Source: Clostridia bacterium
GTDB lineage: Bacteria > Bacillota > DTU025
Length of the DNA stretch: 64,000 nt
Direction: 5' to 3'
Assembly: GCA_034926675.1 (NCBI GenBank)
Contig: JAYFQW010000006.1
Location: 184,217 to 248,216 of the forward strand
A model generated the notes under the pieces. That model searched no databases, was not told the DNA's origin, and was given only the letters and a program-made list of their open reading frames with translations. The position numbers were made by a program, and so were the translations under genes. This document shows, in pieces, positions 17,894 through 31,276 of the stretch (within the stretch, counting starts at the first letter, position 1; every line of letters starts with the position of its first letter).

Positions 17894-20485
17894 ATGAGAT
17901 TCGACAAGCTAACCATCAAATCGCAGGAAGCGATAGCAAGGGCGAAGGCGATAGCAGAGGAACGCCAGCATCAGAGCATAGAGGCGCTTCACCTGCTTCT
18001 GGCCTTGCTTGAACAGAAGGAGGGCGTGGTTGCACCCGTCCTCGGGAAACTAGGAGCGACCCCAGAGACGATTTCCCGCGAAGTGGAGGACGCCCTGGGC
18101 AAGCTGCCTAAGGTGTACGGACAGCAGGCCGGGCAGTATCTGTCGACGAAGTCCGCCACACTCCTCGACGAGGCCGAGGGCGAGGCCAAGAGGCTGAAGG
18201 ATGAATTCGTAAGCGTGGAGCATATTCTGCTCGCCATTGCCGGAAGCGACGATGAAGCAGGCAGGATCCTCCGCTCGCTCGGAGCTGGAAAAGATGACAT
18301 ATACAAGGCCCTCGTAGACGTGAGGGGAACCCAGAGGATCACCGATCAGAACCCCGAAGAGAAGTACCAGGCTCTGGAGAAGTACACTCGTGATCTCACC
18401 GCTCTTGCACGTAAGGGCGCCCTGGATCCGGTGATTGGCCGTGATGATGAAGTGCGCCGCGTGGTCCAGATACTCTCTCGCCGCACCAAGAACAACCCAG
18501 TGCTGATCGGAGAGCCGGGAGTCGGAAAGACTGCCATCGTTGAAGGCCTGGCTCAGCGAATCGTTGCGAAGGATGTGCCGGAGAGCCTGAAGGACAAGCG
18601 CATCCTCGCACTCGACCTGGGCGGAATGGTGGCCGGGAGCAAGTACCGGGGCGAGTTCGAGGACAGGCTCAAGGCAGTCCTCAAGGAGATTGAAGAGGCG
18701 CAGGGCCAGGTTGTCCTGTTCATAGATGAACTCCACACCCTGGTAGGCGCAGGGGCCGCGGAAGGGGCAATCGATGCATCGAACATGCTCAAGCCCGCCC
18801 TTGCCCGAGGAGAGCTCAGATGCGTGGGCGCGACAACGATCGACGAATACCGGAAGTACATCGAAAAAGATGCTGCCCTGGAACGCAGGTTCCAGCCGGT
18901 CATGGTGAACGAACCATCTGTTGAGGACACCATAGCCATACTGCGGGGGCTCAAAGAGAAGTATGAGGTTCACCATGGCGTGAGAATCAAGGACTCCGCG
19001 CTTGTAGCGGCGGCAGTGCTCTCAAACCGCTACATCTCCGATAGGTTCCTGCCTGATAAGGCCATCGACCTGATCGATGAGGCCGCGTCCAAGCTTCGCA
19101 TGGAGATCGACTCCATGCCCGCGGAGATCGACGAGGTGGAGCGGAGAATCATGCAACTGGAGATCGAGCGGCATGCGCTGGACAAAGAGGACGACGAGGC
19201 GGGCCGAGCCAGATTCGCCAAACTCAATTCCGAACTCTCTGAACTGCAGGATAAATCAGGCCAAATGAAGGCTCACTGGCAGAAGGAGAAGGACGCCATC
19301 TCCCAAGTCAGAGACATCAAGCGAAAGGCCGAGGAGGCCAGGCTCGAGGAGGAGAACGCTGAACGCGCAGCTGACCTGGGCCGGGCCGCAGAGCTTCGAT
19401 ATGGGGTCCAGCGCACACTTGCGCACGAACTGGAACAAGCCAACTCCGAGCTGGCTTCTCTCCAGGAGGATGGGCGCTATCTCAAGGAAGAGGTCGAGGA
19501 GGAAGACATCGCTCAGGCGGTGTCCAAGTGGACTAGGATCCCCATATCTCGGCTGCTCGAGGGGGAAACCCAGAAACTTCTCCACATGGAGGAACTACTC
19601 GGGCAGAGGGTGATCGGGCAGGACGAGGCCATCAAGGCAGTGTCGAACGCAGTGAGGCGCGCCCGTTCGGGGCTGTCGGATCCGAATAGGCCGATCGGGT
19701 CATTCCTCTTCCTAGGGCCGACAGGAGTTGGAAAGACCGAGCTTGCACGGGCTCTGGCCCAGTTCCTCTTCGATGATGAGCGAGCCATGGTGAGGATCGA
19801 CATGTCGGAGTACCAGGAGAGGCACACCGTTGCACGGCTCATCGGAGCGCCCCCTGGCTATGTAGGCTACGAAGAGGGCGGCCAGCTTACAGAGGCTGTG
19901 CGCCGCAGACCATACACAGTCATACTACTCGATGAGATCGAGAAGGCACATCAGGAAGTGTTCAACGTGATGCTGCAGTTGCTCGACGATGGGCGACTCA
20001 CCGACGGGCATGGTCGAACTGTTGACTTCCGCAACACGGTAGTGATCATGACCTCCAACCTGGGAAGCCAGTACATCACCGAGCACTTCGGCCCCCAGGA
20101 TGAAGCCGCATTGAAGCAGATGGTCACGGAGGTTCTGAAGCAGACCTTCAGGCCCGAGTTCCTGAATCGAATCGATGAGATACTGATCTTCAACCGCCTC
20201 GGAGCGGATGAGATTGCGAAGATCGTCCAGATCCAGCTGGAGCTGGTCCGAGGCAGGCTCGCCGACAAGGGATTCTCGATCACCTGGACCCCTGAAGTCC
20301 GCGATTTCCTCGCGAAAGCCGGGTTCGACCCAGTGTACGGCGCGAGGCCCCTCAAGCGAGCGATCCAGAAAGAGCTGGAGAACGCCATGGCGCTCGAGAT
20401 ACTCCAGGGCAAGTTCAAACAGGGCGACACGATCAAGGTAGACGCGTCAACTGATGGAGAGTCACTCCTGTTCACCACAGCGTAA
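17894..20485 (+). CDS. clpB: ATP-dependent disaggregase ClpB
   Basis: It has an N domain and two AAA+ modules ([15 protein letters not shown] and [15 protein letters not shown]) separated by the long coiled-coil M domain. The protein is 863 aa. Confidence 0.97.
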   Translation: MRFDKLTIKSQEAIARAKAIAEERQHQSIEALHLLLALLEQKEGVVAPVLGKLGATPETISREVEDALGKLPKVYGQQAGQYLSTKSATLLDEAEGEAKRLKDEFVSVEHILLAIAGSDDEAGRILRSLGAGKDDIYKALVDVRGTQRITDQNPEEKYQALEKYTRDLTALARKGALDPVIGRDDEVRRVVQILSRRTKNNPVLIGEPGVGKTAIVEGLAQRIVAKDVPESLKDKRILALDLGGMVAGSKYRGEFEDRLKAVLKEIEEAQGQVVLFIDELHTLVGAGAAEGAIDASNMLKPALARGELRCVGATTIDEYRKYIEKDAALERRFQPVMVNEPSVEDTIAILRGLKEKYEVHHGVRIKDSALVAAAVLSNRYISDRFLPDKAIDLIDEAASKLRMEIDSMPAEIDEVERRIMQLEIERHALDKEDDEAGRARFAKLNSELSELQDKSGQMKAHWQKEKDAISQVRDIKRKAEEARLEEENAERAADLGRAAELRYGVQRTLAHELEQANSELASLQEDGRYLKEEVEEEDIAQAVSKWTRIPISRLLEGETQKLLHMEELLGQRVIGQDEAIKAVSNAVRRARSGLSDPNRPIGSFLFLGPTGVGKTELARALAQFLFDDERAMVRIDMSEYQERHTVARLIGAPPGYVGYEEGGQLTEAVRRRPYTVILLDEIEKAHQEVFNVMLQLLDDGRLTDGHGRTVDFRNTVVIMTSNLGSQYITEHFGPQDEAALKQMVTEVLKQTFRPEFLNRIDEILIFNRLGADEIAKIVQIQLELVRGRLADKGFSITWTPEVRDFLAKAGFDPVYGARPLKRAIQKELENAMALEILQGKFKQGDTIKVDASTDGESLLFTTA

Positions 20486-20525
20486 CGGGCGGGCCAGCGT
20501 CGACGAGCTGGACCGGTTGATTGAG

Positions 20526-20553
20526 AAGGCGCGAGGCGGCGGCCTCGCGCCTT
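20526..20553. terminator. perfect 12-bp GC hairpin between convergent clpB and gatB
   Basis: The sequence is AAGGCGCGAGGC-GGCG-GCCTCGCGCCTT, 41 nt after the clpB stop. No strong U-tract follows on either strand. Confidence 0.55.
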
Positions 20554-20756
20554 CATCTGATCCATTAGCCGTCTGGCGTCATAGAGGTCTTCAACGCCTG
20601 TCACCCTGACGGCATGCCCCTCTACTTCTACCGTAAGCACTCGGTCGGGAGACCCTGGCCAGGCCATCGAGATTGATCCCCCGTCCACTGTCCATGGCCG
20701 CCATCTCCCCTCTGCCTGTCCCGACCGCGCTGTGCTTGCGAGCGACACGGCAATCC

Positions 20757-22205
20757 CTAGTGAGAAAGCTTCTCCTTGAGTATCCTGTTGACCTCGCCGG
20801 GGTTGGCCCGTCCTCGGGTCTCCTTCATCACCTGCCCCACCAGGAAGGTGATGGCCCTCTCCTTGCCTGCAGCGTAGTCCGCGACAGGGCCAGGGTTCGC
20901 CTCCAGCACCCGCGCGATCACCGCCTCAAGCTCCGATGTGTTGCTTATCTGCGAAAGCCCCCGCTCCTCCACCACCTTGGCTGGCGCGGCGCCGCTGTTG
21001 AAGGTCTCCTCGAACACCGATTTCGCGATCTTGCCTGATATCATGCCTGACGCTATCATCTTCAGCATCTCGGCGAGGTGCTCCGGCGTGAGCTTCGACG
21101 CCGATAGCTCAATCCCAGTCGCGTTCAGCGCCGCCGATACGTCTCCTAGGAGCCACTTTGCTGCCTCGCGCCCGTCTGGGTGCAGCGCCACGGTGGCTTC
21201 GAAGAAGCCTGCCAGAGCTGCCGAGTCCGCAATCTGCGCAGCATCACACTGGGGGAGCCCCCATTCGCGCGCATATCGCGCGGCTTTGGCATCTGGGAGC
21301 TCAGGCATGTTCCTGCGCATCTCCTCGACCCAGGATCTGTCGATCAAGAGCGGAACAAGGTCAGGCTCTGGGAAGTACCGATAGTCGTGAGCCTCTTCCT
21401 TGCTGCGCATGAAGGCGGTCTGCCCCTTTGCGTCGTCCCAATGGCGCGTCTCCCGCGTCACCCTGCCTCCTGCCTCGATCAGCTGGATCTGCCTTGCGGA
21501 CTCGTACTGGATCGCCCTGTGAACGGCGCGGAAGGATGCTATGTTCTTCAGCTCAACGAGGGTGCCGTACTCCTTGGCGCCGACCGGCATCACTGACACG
21601 TTCGCCTCGCATCTCATGGAGCCCTCCTCCATCTTGCAGTCGGACGCGCCCACAGCTAGCAGCACCGACCTCAGTTTGGACAGGTATGCCCTCGCCTCAT
21701 CGGCCGAACGGATATCCGCCTCCGACACGATCTCCATGAGTCCGATTCCGCATCTGTTGAAATCCATCAGCGATTGCGTAGCGGATATGATGTCATCCCC
21801 CGCATGCACTGACTTGCCGGTCTCCTCCTCCAAGTGCACGCGGCGAATCCGAACCCTCTTCGCCTTTCCATCCACGTCGATATCCAGATACCCGTCTCTC
21901 CCGATTGGAAGGTCGTATTGAGATATTTGATACGCCTTGGGAAGGTCAGGATAGAAGTAGTTCTTCCTATCGAACTTGCTGTACTCCGCAATAGTGCAGT
22001 TCAAGGCGAGCGCGGCGCGCATTGTGTGCTCAAGCGCCTTCTTGTTCAGCACTGGCAGGGCCCCGGGCATCCCCAAGCACACCGGGCAGGTCTGGCTGTT
22101 GGGAGGGGCGCCGAACTCCGTTCTGCACCTGCAGAAGACTTTGGATTCGGCAGCCAGTTCCGCATGGACCTCCATGCCTATAACGACCTCGTAGTCCTGG
22201 CTCAT
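20757..22205 (-). CDS. gatB: Asp/Glu-tRNA amidotransferase subunit B
   Basis: MSQDYEVVIGMEVHAEL.. is the typical GatB N-terminus. ATG 22205 forms an ATGA overlap with the gatA stop. The ORF-track start 22277 is an over-extension. Confidence 0.95.
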   Translation of the reverse strand: MSQDYEVVIGMEVHAELAAESKVFCRCRTEFGAPPNSQTCPVCLGMPGALPVLNKKALEHTMRAALALNCTIAEYSKFDRKNYFYPDLPKAYQISQYDLPIGRDGYLDIDVDGKAKRVRIRRVHLEEETGKSVHAGDDIISATQSLMDFNRCGIGLMEIVSEADIRSADEARAYLSKLRSVLLAVGASDCKMEEGSMRCEANVSVMPVGAKEYGTLVELKNIASFRAVHRAIQYESARQIQLIEAGGRVTRETRHWDDAKGQTAFMRSKEEAHDYRYFPEPDLVPLLIDRSWVEEMRRNMPELPDAKAARYAREWGLPQCDAAQIADSAALAGFFEATVALHPDGREAAKWLLGDVSAALNATGIELSASKLTPEHLAEMLKMIASGMISGKIAKSVFEETFNSGAAPAKVVEERGLSQISNTSELEAVIARVLEANPGPVADYAAGKERAITFLVGQVMKETRGRANPGEVNRILKEKLSH

Positions 22206-23757
22206 CTGCCATTCCTCCCCTCTTCCACATCGCCGCATCCACACGCTGCAGGCGGTCTCATGCGCGCCACACCGCACGCTTCCTCAAGCGCCCTCGCAGC
22301 GGAAAACAGCGTCTCCTCGTCAAAGAGCCTGCCCACCAGATGAATTCCAACTGGCAGACCATCGGAAAGCCCGCACGGCACGGAGATGGCCGGGACGCCG
22401 GTGAGATTCGCCGTGGTCGTGTACACGTCCGCGAGGTACATCGAGAGCGGGTCGTCGAACTTCTCGCCAATCTTGAACGGCAGGAACGGCACAGTAGGCG
22501 ATACAAGCACATCGCATATCTCGAATGCAGCCTCGAGATCCCTCTTGAGCAACGTACGCGCCTTCATGGCCTTTGCGTAGTACGCCTCGTAGTACCCGGA
22601 ACTTAACGCATAGGTTCCCAACATGATCCGACGCTTCACTTCGGCGCCGAATCCCTCGCTTCGGCTTCTCTTCATCAGGCTGGTGATATCCTCCGAGCCT
22701 GCCGCTCTGTGTCCATACCTCACGCCATCGAATCTCGCCAGATTGGAGCTGGCCTCCGCAGTAGCGACTATGTAGTATGCCGCGAGGGCGTACTCTGCGT
22801 GAGGCATTGACACCTGCACAGTCCTCGCGCCCCTGCCTTCCATGGCCGAGATTCCGTCCTCCACAAGCTTCCGAACTCTAGGGTCGAGGCCCGCTCCGAA
22901 CAGCTCCGTCGGCACCCCGATGGAGAGCCCCTTAATGCCGCGATCCAGCGCACTCGCATAGTTGGGCACAGGCTTCGGCACCGAAGTGGAATCACACCCG
23001 TCTAGGCCAGCGAGCACGCCCAGAAGCAGTGCAGCATCTTCCACATCCTTGGCGAGCGGGCCGACCTGGTCCAGAGAAGAGCCGAAGGCCACTACCCCGT
23101 ACCTCGACACCCGCCCATATGTGGGTTTCACTCCAACGACTCCGCAGAACGATGCAGGCTCTCTCACGGATCCCCCGGTGTCGGTCCCAAGAGCCATGAT
23201 CGCCTCGCCCGCCGCCACTGCCGCAGCTGAACCGCCGCTGGAACCTCCAGGCACTCTCTGGCAATCCCATGGATTCCGCGTAATGTGGAACGCGGAGTTC
23301 TCCGTGGATGAACCCATCGCGAACTCGTCCATGTTGGTTTTCCCAATGATCACTGCGCCCGCATCCCGGAGCTTCTTCACCACGGTGGCGTCGTACGGCG
23401 GAACGAAGTTCTCGAGCATACGCGATCCACAGGTCGTGCGAATACCCCTGGTGCATATGTTGTCCTTCATGGCCACCGGGATGCCCAGAATGCCCGGGGC
23501 TTGCCCTGTTGCATCGTCTCCGCCCCTGCCAACTCCGCCGCACTGGCCGCCGCACCGGTTGCCTTGTTCCGCGCGAATCCTTGCATCAGCGGCATCTGCC
23601 TGTGCAAGAGCCTGCTCCGGCGTGATGGTGAGATATGCCCCGATCTTCTCCTCGACCTTCCCGATCTGGTCGAGCACCGATTCGGTGATCTCCCTTGATG
23701 TCACCTCTCCACGGACGAGCATGCCCCGTAGGTCGTGGGCAGTGCGCTCACACAGCC

Positions 23758-23761
<4 letters not shown>
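22202..23761 (-). CDS. gatA: Asp/Glu-tRNA amidotransferase subunit A (amidase)
   Basis: GIPVAMKDNICTRGIRTTCGSRML and GGSSGGSAAAVAAG form the amidase signature. The gene lies between gatC and gatB. Confidence 0.95.
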
Positions 23762-26113
<2,352 letters not shown>

Positions 26114-28414
26114 CTATGCCTTCTGTATCGGTGCGAAGCTCTGGGCGAACTGCTTGATGCCAAGGGGCGCCGGAAAAGCTATGGTGATGACCCAGTCGCC
26201 GCCACTGGCAACCACGGAAACAACAACACCGTCGCCGAACCGTGCATGCCTCACCCTATCGCCTGCCGAGTACTCTGCATCCCCGGCAGAGGCAGCAGCG
26301 GCTCTCTTGACCACCTCAGTTGCGGTTCCCCTGCGAGCATGGGCCTCGCCCGACGCCGCGTTGCCGAGAGTCCTAATTCCAGCCCTCGATGGGGGCAATC
26401 CGCCGGGAACCCCTGCGTATCTCCAGCTGAAGGCGTCCACCAGCAGATCCTCGGGAATCTCCCAGAGAAACCGTGAGGCCTCGTTCTGAGTCGTCGCTCC
26501 ATATATGCTCCTCTGATTCGCCCGAACAAGGTAAAGCCGGTCCTTCGCTCTGGTGATTCCCACATAGCACAGCCGGCGCTCTTCCTCAAGCGCCTCCGGA
26601 TCGTAGGCCGACCGCGCCAGGGGAAACAGGTTCTCCTCCATGCCGGCGATGAAGACCACGGGGAATTCCAACCCCTTTGCGGAGTGGAGTGTCATCAGCG
26701 TCACGGAATCTCCTGAAAGATCCGCTCTGTCCAGATCGGTGAGGAGCGAGACTTCCTCAAGGAATGCCCCTATGTCGGTGGGGCTCACTACGCGCACGGA
26801 CCCGATCTCCGCCGCGGCATCGGCTGCAGCAGCAATTGCGGCCTGCCTAGCCTCGAACTCGAGAGTAACCGTTCTGAGTTCCCGGAGGTTCTCGATCCTG
26901 CTCTCGCTCTCGATGGTCTTCTCTAGCTCCAGCTCTCTCTGATATCCGGTTTCATCCATAATACGCTGGACCATGTCCGAGACGCTGAGCTGTCCTTTGC
27001 AGGATATGAGCTTTTCCATCGTGTCAACGAATTCCTGCATGGCCTTGCGCGCCCGCGCGGATAGCTCTGGCGCTTCGGCGGCCATTGCCACCCCTCCATA
27101 CAGCGGCAGCCTGTTCCTCGCAGCTATGGCCCGCGTTGCCTCAAGGGTCGTGCCGCCTATTCCCCGCCTGGGAACGTTGATTATCCGTTCTAGGCTGATG
27201 GAATCCCCAGGGTTTTCCACCACTCTTAGGTATGCCAGTACGTCCTTGATCTCACGCCGCTCGTAGAACTTCAGTCCACCAACTATCCTGTAGGGGATGC
27301 CCCGGTTCAGGAGCACTTCCTCTATGACGCGGGATTGCGCGTTAGTCCGGTACAGCACTGCGAAATCCCTGTAGCCTCGCCTCTCGGCGACTGCCAGTCG
27401 CTGTGTCTCATCGGCGATGAACCGCGCCTCTTCCTTCTCGCTCCCGGCCTCGTATATCGCTATCTTCGCCCCCGCTTCCCGCGAGGTCCAGAGGGTCTTC
27501 TGCTTCCTTCCTCTGTTGTTGGCGATTACCCTGTTGGCGGCGTCTAGTATAGTGCCTGTAGACCGGTAGTTCTGCTCCAGCTTCACTACACGGGCATTGG
27601 GGTAGTCTCGCTCGAAGTCAAGTATGTTTCGGATATCGGCGCCTCGCCACTGGTATATCGACTGGTCGTCATCGCCCACCACGCATATGTTGCAGTGCTT
27701 TGCCGAAAGCAGCTTGATCAGCATGTATTGGGCGCGGTTGGTATCCTGGTACTCATCGACCATTATATATCGGAAACGTTCCTGGTGCTTCACCAGGACC
27801 TCCGGCCGTTCCCGGTAGAGCCTCACGGTGATCATGATCAGGTCATCGAAGTCCAGCGCATTGTCGCGGGCCAAGGCCTGCTGGTATCCGGCGTACACTC
27901 TGCCGATGGTGCGTGTTCTCTCATCCCGTGCGTTCGCCGCGTACTCCTCCGGCCCCACCAGATCGTTCTTGGCTGTGCCTATTGCACTGAGCACAGCCTG
28001 GGGCTTGAACATCTCTCCGGATATGTTGAGCTCCTTCAAACAACGCTTGGCCGCAGTAAGCTGGTCCGATTCGTCGAGGATAATGAACGATCTCTTGTAT
28101 CCCAATGACTCGATCTCATCCCGAAGCACCCTGGCGCAGAACGAGTGGAACGTGGATATCCACACATACATGCCTGGGCGCCCCGCAAGGTCGACCACGC
28201 GGTTCTTCATCTCCGATGCCGCCTTGTTGGTGAAGGTCACAGCAAGGATGCTGCCTGGGGCCACTCCCGCCTCTGCAATGAGGTAGGCCACTCTGTGGGT
28301 GAGCACCCTGGTCTTCCCGCTGCCGGCGCCGGCCAGAATGAGAAGAGGGCCGTCGGTGTGAACGACGGCCTCCCGCTGAGGCGGGTTCAGCGCTTCAAGC
28401 AGGTCTCGGCCCAT
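26114..28414 (-). CDS. pcrA: ATP-dependent DNA helicase PcrA/UvrD
   Basis: It contains LILAGAGSGKTRVLTHRVAYL, DEYQDTN, VGDDDQSIYQWRGA and the C-terminal Tudor-like GDRVRHARFGDGVV. It is adjacent to ligA, as in Bacillus. Confidence 0.95.
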   Translation of the reverse strand: MGRDLLEALNPPQREAVVHTDGPLLILAGAGSGKTRVLTHRVAYLIAEAGVAPGSILAVTFTNKAASEMKNRVVDLAGRPGMYVWISTFHSFCARVLRDEIESLGYKRSFIILDESDQLTAAKRCLKELNISGEMFKPQAVLSAIGTAKNDLVGPEEYAANARDERTRTIGRVYAGYQQALARDNALDFDDLIMITVRLYRERPEVLVKHQERFRYIMVDEYQDTNRAQYMLIKLLSAKHCNICVVGDDDQSIYQWRGADIRNILDFERDYPNARVVKLEQNYRSTGTILDAANRVIANNRGRKQKTLWTSREAGAKIAIYEAGSEKEEARFIADETQRLAVAERRGYRDFAVLYRTNAQSRVIEEVLLNRGIPYRIVGGLKFYERREIKDVLAYLRVVENPGDSISLERIINVPRRGIGGTTLEATRAIAARNRLPLYGGVAMAAEAPELSARARKAMQEFVDTMEKLISCKGQLSVSDMVQRIMDETGYQRELELEKTIESESRIENLRELRTVTLEFEARQAAIAAAADAAAEIGSVRVVSPTDIGAFLEEVSLLTDLDRADLSGDSVTLMTLHSAKGLEFPVVFIAGMEENLFPLARSAYDPEALEEERRLCYVGITRAKDRLYLVRANQRSIYGATTQNEASRFLWEIPEDLLVDAFSWRYAGVPGGLPPSRAGIRTLGNAASGEAHARRGTATEVVKRAAAASAGDAEYSAGDRVRHARFGDGVVVSVVASGGDWVITIAFPAPLGIKQFAQSFAPIQKA

Positions 28415-28418
28415 TCGC

Positions 28419-29897
28419 CTACTCCTCCATCAGGCTGATTGCCTTGCCAATCCGCGCCATCGCTTTCTCTCGCCCGAGAAGGGCGAGGCTCTCGAACAAC
28501 GGCGGAGTGACTCGCCGTCCCGTTATGGCGACTCGAACCTGCATGAGGAGATCTCCGGCCTTCCAGGACATGGACTCCGCTGCGCCTCTGAGAGCAGATT
28601 CTATGTTCTCGTGTGTCCACTCGCCAACATCCGCCATGGCTGAGGCCGCGGCCCTCAAGGCGTCTGCGATCCTGGCCGGTGGTTCCTTGCTCTTGGTTCC
28701 GAACTCCTGCCGCTGCAATTCCACTTCATCAGCGAATAGGAAGCCCAGCATCTCCGGCGCCTCCGTGAGTAAGCCGAGTCTGTCGGTGACCAGAGACACC
28801 GCCTGCTCCAACCGGCGCACATCATCCACCTGGCGCCCAGCTTTCTCCATGAACGGGCGCACCCGCGAGGCTAGCTCAGCGACTGTGAGATTCCTTATGT
28901 ACACCCCGTTGAACCAGTTGAGCTTCTTCATGTCGAAGATGGCGTCCGATTTCGAGAGCGTCTCCACTGAAAAGGCCTCGGTCAGTTCATCCATGCTGAA
29001 TATCTCCTGCTCAGTGCCTGGATTCCAGCCGAGGAGGGCGAGGAAGTTGATGAGCGCTTCCGGAAGATAGCCCATGTCCCGGAACTCGCCGATGTACACC
29101 GCCCCTGCTCGCTTGGAGATCTTCGTTCGGTCGGGGTTGAGCATGAGAGTAAGGTGGCCGAACTCAGGAGGCGTCCATCCCAAGGCTCGGTACACACATA
29201 GCTGGTCGAAGGTGTTCGTAAGATGCTCCACTGCCCTGAACACGTGGCTTATCTCCATGTGGTGCTCGTCGATGACCGTGGCGAAGTTGTAGATAGGGCT
29301 CCCATCCGACTTAACGATCACGAAATCACCGCGCTCGCCCATATCTTTCCGCTGATGCCCACGGAGGAGATCAACGAACTCGAGAGTCTCCTCTGGCGCA
29401 GAGAGCCTTATCACGGGCTTCACGCCGAGAGCCTCATACCTGGCATGGTCGGAAGCGGTCAGGCCGCGGCATTTGCCGGAATAGCGAGGGGGCCTGCCGG
29501 CGGCAAGGGCCGCCTTCCGCTCTGCATCCAGCTCCTCCGGAGAGCAGTAACATCGGTACGCCTTTCCCTCTGCGAGGAGCCTGTCCGCAGCCTCCCGGTA
29601 TGAGTCGGCTCGCTCCATCTGCCGGTAGGGAGCGAATGGGCCACCCACGTCCGGCCCTTCGTCCCATTGGATGCCAAGCCACCTCAGACCCTCTAAGACC
29701 CCTTCCTCCGACTCCTTGGTGTTCCTCTTGAGGTCGGTGTCGTCGATCCTGAGGATGAACTTGCCTCCGTACTTCCTCGCGAAGAGCATGTTGTAAAGAG
29801 CAGTGCGCGCCGTCCCCACATGGCAGTTGCCAGTGGGAGAGGGCGCTATCCTAACCCTGATGCGGTTTCCGTCTGCCGAATTGCTGTCTGCGGTCAT
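28419..29897 (-). CDS. gltX: glutamate--tRNA ligase
   Basis: It contains RVRIAPSPTGNCHVGTARTALYN (HIGH-type motif) and KISKR (KMSKS-type motif). Confidence 0.95.
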   Translation of the reverse strand: MTADSNSADGNRIRVRIAPSPTGNCHVGTARTALYNMLFARKYGGKFILRIDDTDLKRNTKESEEGVLEGLRWLGIQWDEGPDVGGPFAPYRQMERADSYREAADRLLAEGKAYRCYCSPEELDAERKAALAAGRPPRYSGKCRGLTASDHARYEALGVKPVIRLSAPEETLEFVDLLRGHQRKDMGERGDFVIVKSDGSPIYNFATVIDEHHMEISHVFRAVEHLTNTFDQLCVYRALGWTPPEFGHLTLMLNPDRTKISKRAGAVYIGEFRDMGYLPEALINFLALLGWNPGTEQEIFSMDELTEAFSVETLSKSDAIFDMKKLNWFNGVYIRNLTVAELASRVRPFMEKAGRQVDDVRRLEQAVSLVTDRLGLLTEAPEMLGFLFADEVELQRQEFGTKSKEPPARIADALRAAASAMADVGEWTHENIESALRGAAESMSWKAGDLLMQVRVAITGRRVTPPLFESLALLGREKAMARIGKAISLMEE

Positions 29898-29920
29898 ATA
29901 GCCTGGTCAGCTCCTCTACG

Positions 29921-31276
29921 CTACGCGCTAGCCCCTGTGAAGTTGAGTCTACCTGTCTTGATGGCTGGAGCCGAGTAGAGCCCGCCGTCGCCAAGCGCTG
30001 GGATCAGCTCCGCTTCCCTGGATATGGCCTGAACACTGCCTAGGATGCCATCCAGTATCGACTCGGTGAACCTGAGGTTCCTCAGGGGCTTCGTGATTCG
30101 TCCATTCTCTATGAGGAAAGTGCCGTCCTTCGTCATTCCGGTGATTATGGTCTTGGTTGGGTGGACCGGGTTCACATAGTTGAACCGAGTCACGTACACT
30201 CCACGTTCGGTCTCTGCCACCATCTCCTCAACTGAGGAGATGCCTGTGGCCATCGCAAGATGGATGGGATACCCGCCTTTCTCTTCCCCGCCCGGAACAG
30301 CATGACCGGTGGATTTCGTGTGCGCCCTGGCCGCTATTGCCCTGTCGAACACCACACCAGCGGCGAGGCCGTTCTGGATCAGTGGCACACGCTTGCGGGG
30401 AACGCCTTCAAAGTCGAAGGGCAACGGCGCCATCCTGGGATGACGCCAATCGTCGATAATCGTCACCATCTCAGATGTGACCTTGGCGCCTAGTCGGCCT
30501 GAGGCGTAACTCCTGCCTTCGGTGAAGGATAACCCATTCATGCCCATGTATGCTAGCATCTCCATGGCTGTGGACACAGCCGATGGTTCCAGCACCGCCA
30601 CGAACTCGCCTGGTTCGATTGCCACAGGGTTCATTGACGCAATGCACTTATCGACCGCTCGCGCGCCCAAGGCCTGGAAGTCGAGGTCTCCGACTCGCAT
30701 CGCTCCCGCTTCCGCATATCCAGAGCCGGCATTCGCCTCGAAGCTCTCCATGACGACCGTGACGAGCGATGCGTCGGTACCCACGTGCCATGCGCAGACT
30801 CCCAACGTATTGGCGACGGCGATCTCCCTTACCCTGGTTCGGAGTGCGCCGGAAGCATTCAACTTGTGGGCGTCGGCCTGTCTGATGATTGACTGGACCG
30901 CCTCTGCCCGCTCCATCGGGCCGAAGGCGGCAGTCGTCTCGTCGTACCCGTGCGCGTCCTCGTACTGTGCCGGTTCCGCTAGCCCAGGGAAATCCGGATT
31001 CGCAGGTTGCACCGAGGCCATCTCCAGAGCGCGCGCGGCTGCATCGGCCAAGGCCTCCGGAGTGAGCTGGTTAGTGGAAGCCCATCCTTCTCTCGTTCCA
31101 TCTATGGCTCTCACCATGATTGTTACATCATCCACCGACGTATTCTGGTGAATCTCGGAGTTGGCGAACCTCGTGAGAGAATCCCGCTCCGATATAAGCA
31201 CGATCTCGGTCATGTCGGCGCGGGACGAGGCGAAGGCCTCCTTGATCGATTCGAAAGCTCGCTCCTTCCCTACCAT
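29921..31276 (-). CDS. pmbA: TldD/PmbA family metalloprotease, PmbA (TldE)-like
   Basis: It shows the TldD/PmbA fold pattern and is paired with tldD. ATG 31276 (MVGKERAFESIKEAF) lies just past the tldD stop. The ORF-track start is over-extended. Confidence 0.85.
   Translation of the reverse strand: MVGKERAFESIKEAFASSRADMTEIVLISERDSLTRFANSEIHQNTSVDDVTIMVRAIDGTREGWASTNQLTPEALADAAARALEMASVQPANPDFPGLAEPAQYEDAHGYDETTAAFGPMERAEAVQSIIRQADAHKLNASGALRTRVREIAVANTLGVCAWHVGTDASLVTVVMESFEANAGSGYAEAGAMRVGDLDFQALGARAVDKCIASMNPVAIEPGEFVAVLEPSAVSTAMEMLAYMGMNGLSFTEGRSYASGRLGAKVTSEMVTIIDDWRHPRMAPLPFDFEGVPRKRVPLIQNGLAAGVVFDRAIAARAHTKSTGHAVPGGEEKGGYPIHLAMATGISSVEEMVAETERGVYVTRFNYVNPVHPTKTIITGMTKDGTFLIENGRITKPLRNLRFTESILDGILGSVQAISREAELIPALGDGGLYSAPAIKTGRLNFTGASA

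Noticed and set aside
18050-18976. A 308-aa ORF lies antisense to clpB. Similar long antisense ORFs are 13761-14423(-), 22962-23855(+), 31007-32050(+), 46484-47323(+), 48459-49289(+), 50222-51211(+), 52626-53378(+) and 59205-60230(+).
   Set aside because: Each lies entirely opposite a gene with unmistakable family motifs. Their composition is Arg/Pro/Ser/Ala-rich, as is typical of shadow frames in GC-rich DNA, and none has a recognisable motif or SD.
19951-20748. A 265-aa minus-strand ORF starts in the clpB-gatB spacer. Its first ~60 residues (..VLTVEVEGHAVRVTGVEDLYDARRLMDQMK..) look vaguely protein-like.
   Set aside because: It reads straight through the 12-bp terminator hairpin and then ~530 nt antisense into clpB without a stop. 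It has no SD. It is most simply explained as an open shadow frame.
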